The notes under the pieces are model-generated. The model worked only from the letters and a program-made list of their open reading frames with translations. It was not told the DNA's origin and ran no database searches. From positions 759,985 through 823,984 of the forward strand of contig CBDETR010000004.1 in NCBI GenBank assembly GCA_965243045.1: a stretch of DNA of 64,000 nt, read 5' to 3'. Below, piece by piece: positions 31,220 through 40,002 of the stretch. The first letter of the stretch is position 1. Each line of letters begins with the position of its first letter. A program made the translations under genes and the position numbers. This DNA is from Alphaproteobacteria bacterium (GTDB lineage: Bacteria > Pseudomonadota > Alphaproteobacteria > JABAAW01 > JAHZMA01).

Positions 31220-32500
31220 ATGCAAATGCGTAAATTTTTTCTAGGAATATGGCCATTATTACTAGGAATGTTTTTAATGATGGCTGGCAATTCGATGCAA
31301 GGCGCATTGGTTGCCTATCGCGCCAGTACGCTCAGTGATAGCAATCTGATTGCCGCTTTGATTATTTCAGGCTATGCCTTTGGTATGGTATTTGCGGTTT
31401 TCTATATTTCTTATTTCATTCAATCGGTTGGGCATGTACGGGTATTTGCGGCATTATCAGCGGCGGTTTCTGCTTCAATGTTATTATTCCCCTTAATTGA
31501 ACATCCGTTTATGTGGATTATGTTGCGTTTTATCATTGGCTTTTGCTATATCGGAATTTACATTGTGGTGGAAGCATGGCTTAATGCCTCGGTCACCAGC
31601 GAGTTTCGGGGCAGAGTTTTATCACTTTATATGATAACGCAATTTAGTGGGTTATGGGTAGGGCAGTTTTCATTGCGGTTTGCCGATGCGGAAAGTGGTA
31701 CATTATTCTTGATTGCGTCAGCTGCGATTTCAGTGGCGGCTATTCCTTTATTAATGATTAAGATTAAATCACCGAAACAGCCAGAAACTGGTAAACGTAT
31801 GCCTTTTAAGGAACTTTATCAATATTCACCTTTTGCCAGTCTAGGGACTATTTTTGTTGCCATGCAATATGTGCCTTTTTTGGTCATGCTAGGTTTCTTT
31901 GCTGAAAAAGCCGGTATGGACTTAAAACAGCTTTCTACAATGGGTGTTTTGGTGATTTTAGCAGGCACTATCGCGCAATTCCCATTTGCGCGTTTGTCTG
32001 ATAAAATAGATAGGCGCAATGTGATTATTATCTGTTCATCTTTTGCATGTGCTTTGGCATTTGTAGGGCTAGAGATATTAAAGTTGGATAATATTATTTT
32101 GCTTTATTGTTTGATGTTTGCTTTGGCATTCATGGTGCTTCCTGTTTATGCGATTAATTTATCGCATGCCAATGATTTGATACCGCCTGAAAAAGCCGTG
32201 AGTGCGGGTAGCACTATTCAGCTATTAAATGCGATTGGTGCCACATTAGCACCATTGGTTTTATCAATTTTTGTGGGCCAGTTAGGGGCATCAGGTTACT
32301 TTATTTATATTATGACAGTTGCCGGCACAATCGTATGTTATGCGTTATACCGTAAAGGCATGCGCCGAGTGATAGAACGGCATCATCGTGCGATTATCTT
32401 GCCTTTTTTGCAGTTTCGTGCCGCCATTCGTAGTGCGGATTTATTACCCAGAAAACACGTTAAAAAGTCCACTAGCAAAAAACCAACTAGTAAAAAATAA
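31220..32500 (+). CDS. MFS transporter (paralog 2, Lys-rich C-terminal tail)
   Basis: Same architecture as 29909-31201. C-terminus KKSTSKKPTSKK. Confidence 0.75.
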   Translation: MQMRKFFLGIWPLLLGMFLMMAGNSMQGALVAYRASTLSDSNLIAALIISGYAFGMVFAVFYISYFIQSVGHVRVFAALSAAVSASMLLFPLIEHPFMWIMLRFIIGFCYIGIYIVVEAWLNASVTSEFRGRVLSLYMITQFSGLWVGQFSLRFADAESGTLFLIASAAISVAAIPLLMIKIKSPKQPETGKRMPFKELYQYSPFASLGTIFVAMQYVPFLVMLGFFAEKAGMDLKQLSTMGVLVILAGTIAQFPFARLSDKIDRRNVIIICSSFACALAFVGLEILKLDNIILLYCLMFALAFMVLPVYAINLSHANDLIPPEKAVSAGSTIQLLNAIGATLAPLVLSIFVGQLGASGYFIYIMTVAGTIVCYALYRKGMRRVIERHHRAIILPFLQFRAAIRSADLLPRKHVKKSTSKKPTSKK

Positions 32501-32586
32501 AAGCAAATTGTGATTTATTATTTTGTTTGCTAGTAAAAATCATTCAAATTTGTTATGGATACTAAAAATATTTAAGGAGAATATGT

Positions 32587-33213
32587 GTGAATATAGAAGC
32601 CATTCGCAATCGTAAGATTTTTTTACTTTATTGGTTTGTTCAGCTTTATGATTGGTTGCTGGTAAAAGCGGCGCATCGCTATGCACTGCCATTATTGGTG
32701 CTGATTGCGTTTTGCGAAAGCATCTTTTTCCCGATTCCACCCGATGTCATGCTATTGCCAATGATGTTGGCACGACGGAAATTTAGCTTTCTACTGGCAG
32801 GGCTTGCAACGATTGCCTCGGTAGTAGGGGGTGCAATAGGCTATTGGCTTGGTTACGCGCTCTATGATACGGTTGCCATTCCATTATTGAGCTTTTATGG
32901 CTATGAACACGCCTATCAATTATTCAGTAGTTTATTTGCAGAATATGGCAATATGATTGTTTTTGCAGGTGGCTTTAGCCCTATCCCTTATAAGGTCATC
33001 GTCTTAAGTGCAGGATTTGCCCAGATGGATTTCTTTATTTTCTTGACGATTTCAGTGTTGGCACGTGGCGGACGCTTCTTTTTATTGGCAGTGATTCTAT
33101 GGTGTTTTGGTGAGAAAATCCAAGTGCTGATTGAGAAATATTTTGGTGTTTTAAGTTTGTTATTCTGTTTATTGTTGGCTGGTGGCTTTGTTTTTATTAA
33201 GTTTTTTCATTAG
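32587..33213 (+). CDS. DedA/YqaA family membrane protein
   Basis: GTG start 8 nt after AAGGAG. Motif FCESIFFPIPPDVMLLPM is typical of YqaA/DedA. Confidence 0.7.
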   Translation: MNIEAIRNRKIFLLYWFVQLYDWLLVKAAHRYALPLLVLIAFCESIFFPIPPDVMLLPMMLARRKFSFLLAGLATIASVVGGAIGYWLGYALYDTVAIPLLSFYGYEHAYQLFSSLFAEYGNMIVFAGGFSPIPYKVIVLSAGFAQMDFFIFLTISVLARGGRFFLLAVILWCFGEKIQVLIEKYFGVLSLLFCLLLAGGFVFIKFFH

Positions 33214-33219
33214 GAATCA

Positions 33220-33708
33220 TTGATGTTATTCGATACAGAAAATCGGTCATGGTTGTTTTTTGTAACAGGAACTTTTGTGCTTACAGCGGTTTTTGTGGCA
33301 CAATATAGTTTTGATATACAGCCTTGCCCTCTTTGTTTATGGCAACGTGTGCCGTGGGAAATAGCGATTTTTGTTGCGTTATGCGATAGATTATTATGGC
33401 GTAAGATTGATTTTATTTGGGCAATTTATGGCATTATCTTCTTAATTTCTGCCGGTTTGGCATTTTATCATGTTGGGGTAGAGCGGCATTTATGGAAGTC
33501 ATTTCTAGAACAATGTAATACAGGGTTTAGCATTGATAGTCCGGAACAATTATTAGAAAATTTGCAAGGGGCGGTCAAAAATGCGCGTTGTGATGAAAGA
33601 ATTATTTTTATGTTTGATTTTTCTTTTGCTGATTGGAATTTTTTGCTATCATCGGGTTTAGCGATTCTATCGCTTCTACCTTTTATTGTGAGTACGCGTA
33701 GGGTGTAA
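33220..33708 (+). CDS. dsbB: Disulfide bond formation protein B-like
   Basis: 4-TM protein with CPLC in the first periplasmic loop and a second Cys pair (C...C) in the second loop. Confidence 0.7.
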   Translation: MMLFDTENRSWLFFVTGTFVLTAVFVAQYSFDIQPCPLCLWQRVPWEIAIFVALCDRLLWRKIDFIWAIYGIIFLISAGLAFYHVGVERHLWKSFLEQCNTGFSIDSPEQLLENLQGAVKNARCDERIIFMFDFSFADWNFLLSSGLAILSLLPFIVSTRRV

Positions 33709-34305
33709 ATGAATAAAATGATGTCTGATTATCCATCTTCTTTTGCTCAAACAGATAAATTACCTGATTATCTGCCGGGTGATTTATCGCCTCAAAAAGA
33801 GATTGCCCGAATGGTGCGTGTCAATCAAGCAGGTGAATATGGCGCGAAACGTATTTATCAAGGGCAGATGGATATGTTAGAAAAAAGCGATAAATATGAA
33901 ACGATTGTCCATATGGCAGAACAAGAACAAGAACATTTAGATTATTTTGATGCAGCGATTGTTGCCCATCAATCGCGGCCTTCGGCTTTAGCACCTTTAT
34001 GGCATGTGGCAGGTTATGGGTTAGGTTCATTGCCGAGTTTGGTTGGCGTGCCGAGTGCAATGGCAGTGACGGTTGCCGTTGAAGAAGTTATCGATGCACA
34101 TTATGAAGTGCAGGCACAGCGTTTAGAACAGCGCGGTGATCAGCAGGATTTGTTGGCAAGTATCCGCAAATTTCAGGCTGAAGAAGAAGAACATCGTGAT
34201 ATAGGTTTATTACATGAGGCGAAAAAAGCACCCGCCTATTCGTTGCTTTACTGGTTTGTCAGTGAAACATCAAAAGGTGCTATTTATATTGCAGAAAGGA
34301 TATAA
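33709..34305 (+). CDS. coq7: Demethoxyubiquinone hydroxylase (COQ7 family di-iron protein)
   Basis: RVNQAGEYGAKRIYQGQ and repeated E-x-x-H motifs characteristic of Coq7. Confidence 0.85.
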   Translation: MNKMMSDYPSSFAQTDKLPDYLPGDLSPQKEIARMVRVNQAGEYGAKRIYQGQMDMLEKSDKYETIVHMAEQEQEHLDYFDAAIVAHQSRPSALAPLWHVAGYGLGSLPSLVGVPSAMAVTVAVEEVIDAHYEVQAQRLEQRGDQQDLLASIRKFQAEEEEHRDIGLLHEAKKAPAYSLLYWFVSETSKGAIYIAERI

Positions 34306-34306
34306 A

Positions 34307-34804
34307 ATGGAAAAAATATTAAAAATAATTGGCGTTGCCTTATTGGCTGTTGGTCTTGCAAGTGGGGCATTTGCCGCAGGCACAAGTGGCGATAGCGATA
34401 AAAGCGATAGCAATAAAAGCGATAAAAAAGATTATGATAGCAGTAAGGGTGGCGATAAGGCTGCCGAGCAATATAATCATGCGGTAAAAATGCTGGAAAG
34501 CAATAATTATAAAAAGGCAGAAAAAGCCCTTAAAAAGGCAGTCCGTTATGAAAAAGGCAATGCTGATTATTGGAATTTGCTTGGATTTTCATTACGCAAG
34601 CAAGAAAAATTTAATAAAGCAAAAAATGCTTATGATAAAGCTTTAAGGATAGATAAAAATCATTTGGGTGCCAATGAATATTTGGGCGAGCTTTACATTC
34701 AAACCGATCAACCCGATAGAGCAAGGGCGCAATTGGCAAGATTGCAAGAATTATGTCCGAATGGCTGTGAAGAATTGACCATGTTTGAAAAAGCACTCAA
34801 ATAA
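34307..34804 (+). CDS. Secreted TPR-repeat protein with KSD low-complexity linker
   Basis: Signal peptide MEKILKIIGVALLAVGLASGAFA. (KSD)n region followed by 3 TPR-like repeats. I prefer this start over the ORF-track 34214. Confidence 0.65.
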   Translation: MEKILKIIGVALLAVGLASGAFAAGTSGDSDKSDSNKSDKKDYDSSKGGDKAAEQYNHAVKMLESNNYKKAEKALKKAVRYEKGNADYWNLLGFSLRKQEKFNKAKNAYDKALRIDKNHLGANEYLGELYIQTDQPDRARAQLARLQELCPNGCEELTMFEKALK

Positions 34805-34834
34805 TTCACAAAAATTCACAAAATATGGTATAAT
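34805..34834 (+). promoter_or_regulatory. Candidate sigma70-type promoter for accA
   Basis: TTCACA-N18-(TGg)TATAAT, 40 bp upstream of the accA ATG. Confidence 0.4.
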
Positions 34835-34874
34835 AGCCCTTAATTTAATTTAGCAATTTAATTTGGGGTAGAAA

Positions 34875-35828
34875 ATGCATAGTTTTTTAGATTTTGAAGA
34901 ATCCATTGCACAGCTTGAGGGCAAGGTAGAAGAATTGCGCCGTATGTCGGATACGGGTGATTTGAATATCGTTGAGGAAATTTCTAAATTTCAGCAAAAA
35001 ATTGATAAATTGCTGGTGCAAACCTATAGTAAATTAACACCGATGCAAAAGGTGCAGGTGGCACGGCATCCTGACCGACCGCATTTTTTAGATTTTATCA
35101 GCTCGATGGTAGAAGATTTTATTCCGCTTGCGGGCGACCGCGCTTTTGCTGATGATAAAGCTATTTTAGGGGGCATCGGTAGATTTCGGGGCATGGCATG
35201 TATGTTTATCGGGCATGAAAAAGGGCATACCACGCAATCAAGACTTTATCATAATTTTGGTATGGCGCGCCCTGAAGGCTATCGCAAAGCAATACGCTTG
35301 ATGAGACTTGCAGATAAATTTCAAATTCCTGTCGTTACTTTGATTGATACAGCAGGTGCTTATCCGGGTATGGGTGCCGAACAACGTGGACAAGCTGAAG
35401 CCATAGCCCGTTCGATGCAAACATGTTTGCAGATAAATGTGCCGATTATTTCAGTGGTGCTTGGTGAAGGTGGCTCTGGTGGTGCGGTGGCATTGGCAAC
35501 ATCTGATAGGATTTATATGTTAAGCTATTCTGTTTATAGCGTGATTTCACCTGAGGGTTGTGCATCTATTTTATGGCGTGATTCTGCCGAAGCAAAGCAG
35601 GCAGCGGAAGCGTTAAAAATAACCGCAGATGATTTGCTAAGATTAGGCGTGATTGATGAAATTATTGTAGAACCTACTGGTGGCGCGCATCGCGAGCCCG
35701 AAGAGGCATTGAAAGCGGTTGCCGATAAGATTGAACAATCATTGCAGGAATTGATGAAAGAAGATTGGAATAATTTGAAATGCAAGCGTCGTGAGAAATA
35801 TTTATCTTCCCCACAGATGGCGGAATAA
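34875..35828 (+). CDS. accA: Acetyl-CoA carboxylase carboxyltransferase subunit alpha
   Basis: Full-length similarity pattern to AccA (MHSFLDFEESIAQLE..., GGSGGA). Confidence 0.9.
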   Translation: MHSFLDFEESIAQLEGKVEELRRMSDTGDLNIVEEISKFQQKIDKLLVQTYSKLTPMQKVQVARHPDRPHFLDFISSMVEDFIPLAGDRAFADDKAILGGIGRFRGMACMFIGHEKGHTTQSRLYHNFGMARPEGYRKAIRLMRLADKFQIPVVTLIDTAGAYPGMGAEQRGQAEAIARSMQTCLQINVPIISVVLGEGGSGGAVALATSDRIYMLSYSVYSVISPEGCASILWRDSAEAKQAAEALKITADDLLRLGVIDEIIVEPTGGAHREPEEALKAVADKIEQSLQELMKEDWNNLKCKRREKYLSSPQMAE

Positions 35829-36332
35829 TTGTCTCATTATTCTTTAATTAAAGAAAAACCCTATCCGCATACGCAAGCCGAAATTACCCTTAATCTCGCT
35901 TTTGGCACTAACAGGTTGGGGCGTTCTGTTTATGAATTACGTCAAAAGCCTCCTGAATATGATTTATGTTGGGGGATTATGGCAGAGAATCAATTAATCG
36001 CGCTTATTCGTTATTGGGAAGTGCGGATTGATTTGCCAGAATATCAGAATTATCGCTGGTTGTTATTAGGACCTTTGGCGGTTATTCCAGAAGAAAAAAG
36101 CAAAGGGTATGGCAAAAATCTTATTGCACATAGCTTGGCATTGGCAAAAGAAACCTGTTTTGATGGGGTGTTTGTCTCGGGCGAGCAAGGTTATTATCAG
36201 AAATTAAAATTTACGCCTGTGCCGATTACAAGCCCTGAAAATACGCCACCTAATTGCTGGCAGATCCATTATCTAAAACAGAATATACCTCCCTTTTCGG
36301 CAGATAAAAAATTTAAATTATTACCGGTTTAA
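35829..36332 (+). CDS. GNAT family N-acetyltransferase
   Basis: Acetyl-CoA binding-like segment ...SKGYGKNLIAHSL. Confidence 0.6.
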   Translation: MSHYSLIKEKPYPHTQAEITLNLAFGTNRLGRSVYELRQKPPEYDLCWGIMAENQLIALIRYWEVRIDLPEYQNYRWLLLGPLAVIPEEKSKGYGKNLIAHSLALAKETCFDGVFVSGEQGYYQKLKFTPVPITSPENTPPNCWQIHYLKQNIPPFSADKKFKLLPV

Positions 36333-36799
36333 TAACGCACCAGAATAGAAACATCATTCACCTGATTGGGGTGAACAGTAAATTTTGCTTTTTTAAATTT
36401 TGGTTTGCTTAAAATTTTGTCACGCATCATGCTAAAACCATAACCTTCTTTTGGGAATATCAACCCGCGCTTCATTTTACCATTACCATCTTGGTCATGA
36501 AACATTACCAATGCCCATTCGCCTGTTGGTGCATCGTTCCATATAAATGTTTTATTGGTATCATTGGCGGCTTTCATCAGGGTAAAATGACACGGCGCGC
36601 TTAAAAATTGCGCTTCACTACATAGATACATGATGATATATTGTTGGTCAGGGGCAATATTTTCAATGTTAATTTTTAATATACTCGTTTCTGTGGCATG
36701 GCTATGATACAAAGGAAATAGGCTCATAATAAAAATCATGAGTAGAAAACAGATTTTATCCTTGATTTTATGATAAGTTATTCTTAGTTTAGACAGCAT
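36329..36799 (-). CDS. DUF2141 family secreted protein
   Basis: Signal peptide MLSKLRITYHKIKDKICFLLMIFIMSLFPLYHSHA. DUF2141 core FHDQDGNGKM...EGYGFS...AKFTV. The ORF-track N-terminal extension to 36964 is rejected. Confidence 0.65.
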   Translation of the reverse strand: MLSKLRITYHKIKDKICFLLMIFIMSLFPLYHSHATETSILKINIENIAPDQQYIIMYLCSEAQFLSAPCHFTLMKAANDTNKTFIWNDAPTGEWALVMFHDQDGNGKMKRGLIFPKEGYGFSMMRDKILSKPKFKKAKFTVHPNQVNDVSILVRY

Positions 36800-37301
36800 G
36801 AAACATTTTCCATTCTTACATTCATTGATACGCCCTTTCCTGATGCCTTTTTTGACGATAGCTATGGGGCTTTTATTATTAAGCGGTTGTGGTAATAAGG
36901 AATCATTAAGATTTACCAGTGACCTCCCTGATGAATTCGCTATTATCACCTTGCGTCCGCTCACATTACCCCCTGATTATACGCTGGATACGCCTACAAT
37001 TCAAAGTGAATCTGAATTATCTGTGAATCAGTTGCAAGAAGATATTCGTGCCAGCATGTTACTTGAAGAAAAAGCACGTTCCACAGTGGTGAGTGATGAT
37101 AAGCTATTTCTATCAGCGGCTAAGGCGGATAAGCGCGATATAAATATTAGGCGTAGGATAGAAGAAGAAAATCTACAGGCAATTTCGGAACCTTTAACAG
37201 TTGCTGAAGCGATTGCGCTAGAAGAAAGCTTTGATGAAAATGTTCGGACATTCTTTACGGCAAAGAAACGTAAGCCAAAAGTTTTGAATAATAGTAAATG
37301 A
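36798..37301 (+). CDS. Putative lipoprotein
   Basis: Lipobox LLLSGC after a typical n/h region. Start overlaps the divergent gene's start (CATG). Confidence 0.6.
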   Translation: MKHFPFLHSLIRPFLMPFLTIAMGLLLLSGCGNKESLRFTSDLPDEFAIITLRPLTLPPDYTLDTPTIQSESELSVNQLQEDIRASMLLEEKARSTVVSDDKLFLSAAKADKRDINIRRRIEEENLQAISEPLTVAEAIALEESFDENVRTFFTAKKRKPKVLNNSK

Positions 37302-38695
37302 TTTTTCATCATTTGTATAAATATGTGTTGATTTCATTAATGGGTGGGTTGTTGATAGCCTCACCTGTTTATGCACAAAGAATCCCTCAAAATAGAGCAG
37401 AAGTTAACATTAGTTTTGCGCCTTTGGTGCAAAAAACGGCACCGGCAGTTGTTAATATTTATGCCAAAAAAATCGTGACAGAACGCACATCATTATTTTC
37501 AAACCCATTTTTTGAACAGTTTTTTGGTCAACAATTTGGCGCCACACGGCAACGTATTGCAAACTCGCTTGGTTCCGGCGTGATTTTAAGTAAGCGTGGG
37601 TTAATTGTTACCAATGCCCATGTGATTGATGGTGCCGAAGAAATAGTGGTGGTGCTTGCGAATGGGCGTGAATATCAGGCGCGGTTGTTACTGCAAGATA
37701 AGCGCACCGATTTGGCAATGTTGCAGATTGATTCGAAAGATGATTTGCCCTATTTGGATTATGGTGATTCTGATGCGCTTGCGGTTGGGGATTTGGTATT
37801 GGCGATTGGCAATCCATTTTCGGTTGGGCAAACAGTCACAAGTGGGATTATTTCAGCATTGGCGCGCTCAGCCCATGGGGTGAGTGATTACCGTTCTTTT
37901 ATACAAACTGATGCGGCGATTAATCCGGGTAATTCAGGGGGTGCATTGGTAGATGTAGCAGGTAAATTGATAGGTATCAATACAGCCATTTATAGTAAAA
38001 CGGGTGAATCGCTGGGGATTGGTTTTGCTGTGCCAGTGAATATGGTTAGAATTGTTGCTGATTATGCAATTCGTGGCGAAGAAATTATCCGCCCTTGGAC
38101 AGGGTTAAGTGGCAAGGAAATTGATTGGGATTTGGCACAAGCATTAGATTTAGAATTCCCCGGTGGTGTGCTGGTAGAAAATATTTATCCGCGTTCTCCG
38201 GGCGATAGGGCTGGGATAAAAGTGCAAGATGTTATTATGCAGATTGATGGCTATCAATTTACAAATGTTCAGGATTTACGGTTCCGCTTGGCACTTAAAA
38301 AACCCGGTGATAAAATTAAATTGCGTGGCGTAAGTGATGGTCGCCCGCAACAATGGCGTTTATTGTTGCAAGCCCCACCTGAAACACCCAAAAGAAAAAC
38401 AACAGAGCTTACAGGCAATCATGTGTTGAATGGCGCAATCATTGAAAATCTTTCGCCAAAAGTGAATAATGAAATCAGCAAAGATGTTTGGCTAACAGGG
38501 GTTGTGATTAGGCAAATAGTGGCTAATGCGGCTGCAATTCGTTATGGTTTTCAACCGGGTGATATTGTACTAGATATTAATGACACACCCATCAATAAGG
38601 TTTCTGATGTGGTGGCTGTTTTGAAAATTCCTGCGGAAAGTTATAAAATCACGATTGATAGAAATGGTAGGAAAGTTCAGCAAAATTTTAGATAG
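37298..38695 (+). CDS. degP: Periplasmic serine endoprotease DegP/HtrA family
   Basis: Trypsin-like triad context (TNAHV, DLA, GNSGGAL) plus two PDZ-like C-terminal segments. Confidence 0.9.
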   Translation: MIFHHLYKYVLISLMGGLLIASPVYAQRIPQNRAEVNISFAPLVQKTAPAVVNIYAKKIVTERTSLFSNPFFEQFFGQQFGATRQRIANSLGSGVILSKRGLIVTNAHVIDGAEEIVVVLANGREYQARLLLQDKRTDLAMLQIDSKDDLPYLDYGDSDALAVGDLVLAIGNPFSVGQTVTSGIISALARSAHGVSDYRSFIQTDAAINPGNSGGALVDVAGKLIGINTAIYSKTGESLGIGFAVPVNMVRIVADYAIRGEEIIRPWTGLSGKEIDWDLAQALDLEFPGGVLVENIYPRSPGDRAGIKVQDVIMQIDGYQFTNVQDLRFRLALKKPGDKIKLRGVSDGRPQQWRLLLQAPPETPKRKTTELTGNHVLNGAIIENLSPKVNNEISKDVWLTGVVIRQIVANAAAIRYGFQPGDIVLDINDTPINKVSDVVAVLKIPAESYKITIDRNGRKVQQNFR

Positions 38696-38703
38696 GGGTA
38701 TGA

Positions 38704-39996
38704 ATGGATTTATTTCAGAAAGAAAATGCAATTCCGCTTGCTGAACAGTTGCGCCCGCAAAAATTAGATGAAATTTATGGTCAAGAACATTTGCTTGTCC
38801 AAAAAAGTGGCTTACGGGTGATGCTGGATAATCAGCATATTAGTTCGTTTTTATTATGGGGACCGCCCGGAGTTGGTAAAACCACTTTGGCACGGTTAAT
38901 TGCAAAAGAAAGCGGACTTTATTTTAAGCAAATTTCTGCAGTTTTTTCTGGCGTTGCTGATTTACGCAAATTATTTGATGAGGCAAAAAAGGCAAAAGCA
39001 CAACAAATTGGTACATTGCTGTTTGTTGATGAAATCCATCGTTTCAACCGTTCGCAACAAGATAGTTTATTGCCCTTTGTAGAAGATGGCACTGTAATTT
39101 TAGCAGGCGCGACCACTGAAAATCCGGGCTTTGAGATAAATGCCGCTTTATTATCGCGTCTATCGGTTTTTGTTTTAAACCGTTTAGATGAACAGGCGTT
39201 AGATAGGATTTTGGAACGTGCGGAACAATTACAGAATAAAGAATTATCGCTTACAGCTGAAGCACGCAAACAATTTTTACAGATGGCAGATGGTGATGCA
39301 CGCTTTTTATTAAATGGTGCTGATATTTTATTTGATGTTGATTCACAAGAAATCACGATTGATGAATTGTATGTTTTGTTACAGCACAGAGTGCCACTTT
39401 ATGATAAAGCTGAAGATAGCCATTATAATTTGATAAGTGCTTTGCATAAAAGCTTGCGAGGCAGTGATTGCGATGCTGGGCTTTATTGGATGGCGCGCAT
39501 TTTAGATGGCGGTGAAGACCCGCTTTATATTTTGCGTCGGCTTACCCGTTTTGCCTATGAAGATATTGGCATGGCAGACCCTAACGCCGCCTTACAAGCC
39601 ATCAATGCGTGGGAGACTTATAAAAGGCTTGGCTCACCTGAAGGGGATATTGTGATTGGGCATCTTGTGGTTTACTTAGCAACCGCGCCTAAATCTAATG
39701 CTGCCTATCACGCGCATAAGGAGGCGATACGTGCAGCAAAAACGCATGGTTCATTAAATCCGCCAAAACATATTCTTAACCCCGCTAATAAATTCATGAA
39801 AGAGATGGATTATGGCAAAGATTATCATTACGACCATGATACTGAAGAAGGATTTTCAGGGCAGAATTATTTCCCCGATGGCATGACACGCGAAACTTAT
39901 TACAATCCGGTTGCGCGTGGGTTCGAACGCGATATTCAAAAACGATTAGATTATTTTAAGCAATTACGCGCCCGTAAGAATAAAAATAAGGATTAG
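38704..39996 (+). CDS. rarA: Replication-associated recombination protein A (AAA+ ATPase)
   Basis: LWGPPGVGKTTLA Walker A. MgsA C-terminal domain. Confidence 0.9.
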   Translation: MDLFQKENAIPLAEQLRPQKLDEIYGQEHLLVQKSGLRVMLDNQHISSFLLWGPPGVGKTTLARLIAKESGLYFKQISAVFSGVADLRKLFDEAKKAKAQQIGTLLFVDEIHRFNRSQQDSLLPFVEDGTVILAGATTENPGFEINAALLSRLSVFVLNRLDEQALDRILERAEQLQNKELSLTAEARKQFLQMADGDARFLLNGADILFDVDSQEITIDELYVLLQHRVPLYDKAEDSHYNLISALHKSLRGSDCDAGLYWMARILDGGEDPLYILRRLTRFAYEDIGMADPNAALQAINAWETYKRLGSPEGDIVIGHLVVYLATAPKSNAAYHAHKEAIRAAKTHGSLNPPKHILNPANKFMKEMDYGKDYHYDHDTEEGFSGQNYFPDGMTRETYYNPVARGFERDIQKRLDYFKQLRARKNKNKD

Positions 39997-40002
39997 CATC
40001 TC

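Noticed and set aside
36800-36964. N-terminal 55-aa extension of the DUF2141 ORF (start at 36964)
   Set aside because: The internal Met at 36799 begins a textbook signal peptide. The extension would overlap the divergent lipoprotein gene by 166 nt.
39920-39945. tRNA-like GGTTCGAAC motif
   Set aside because: It lies inside the rarA coding frame (ARGFERD). There is no cloverleaf context.
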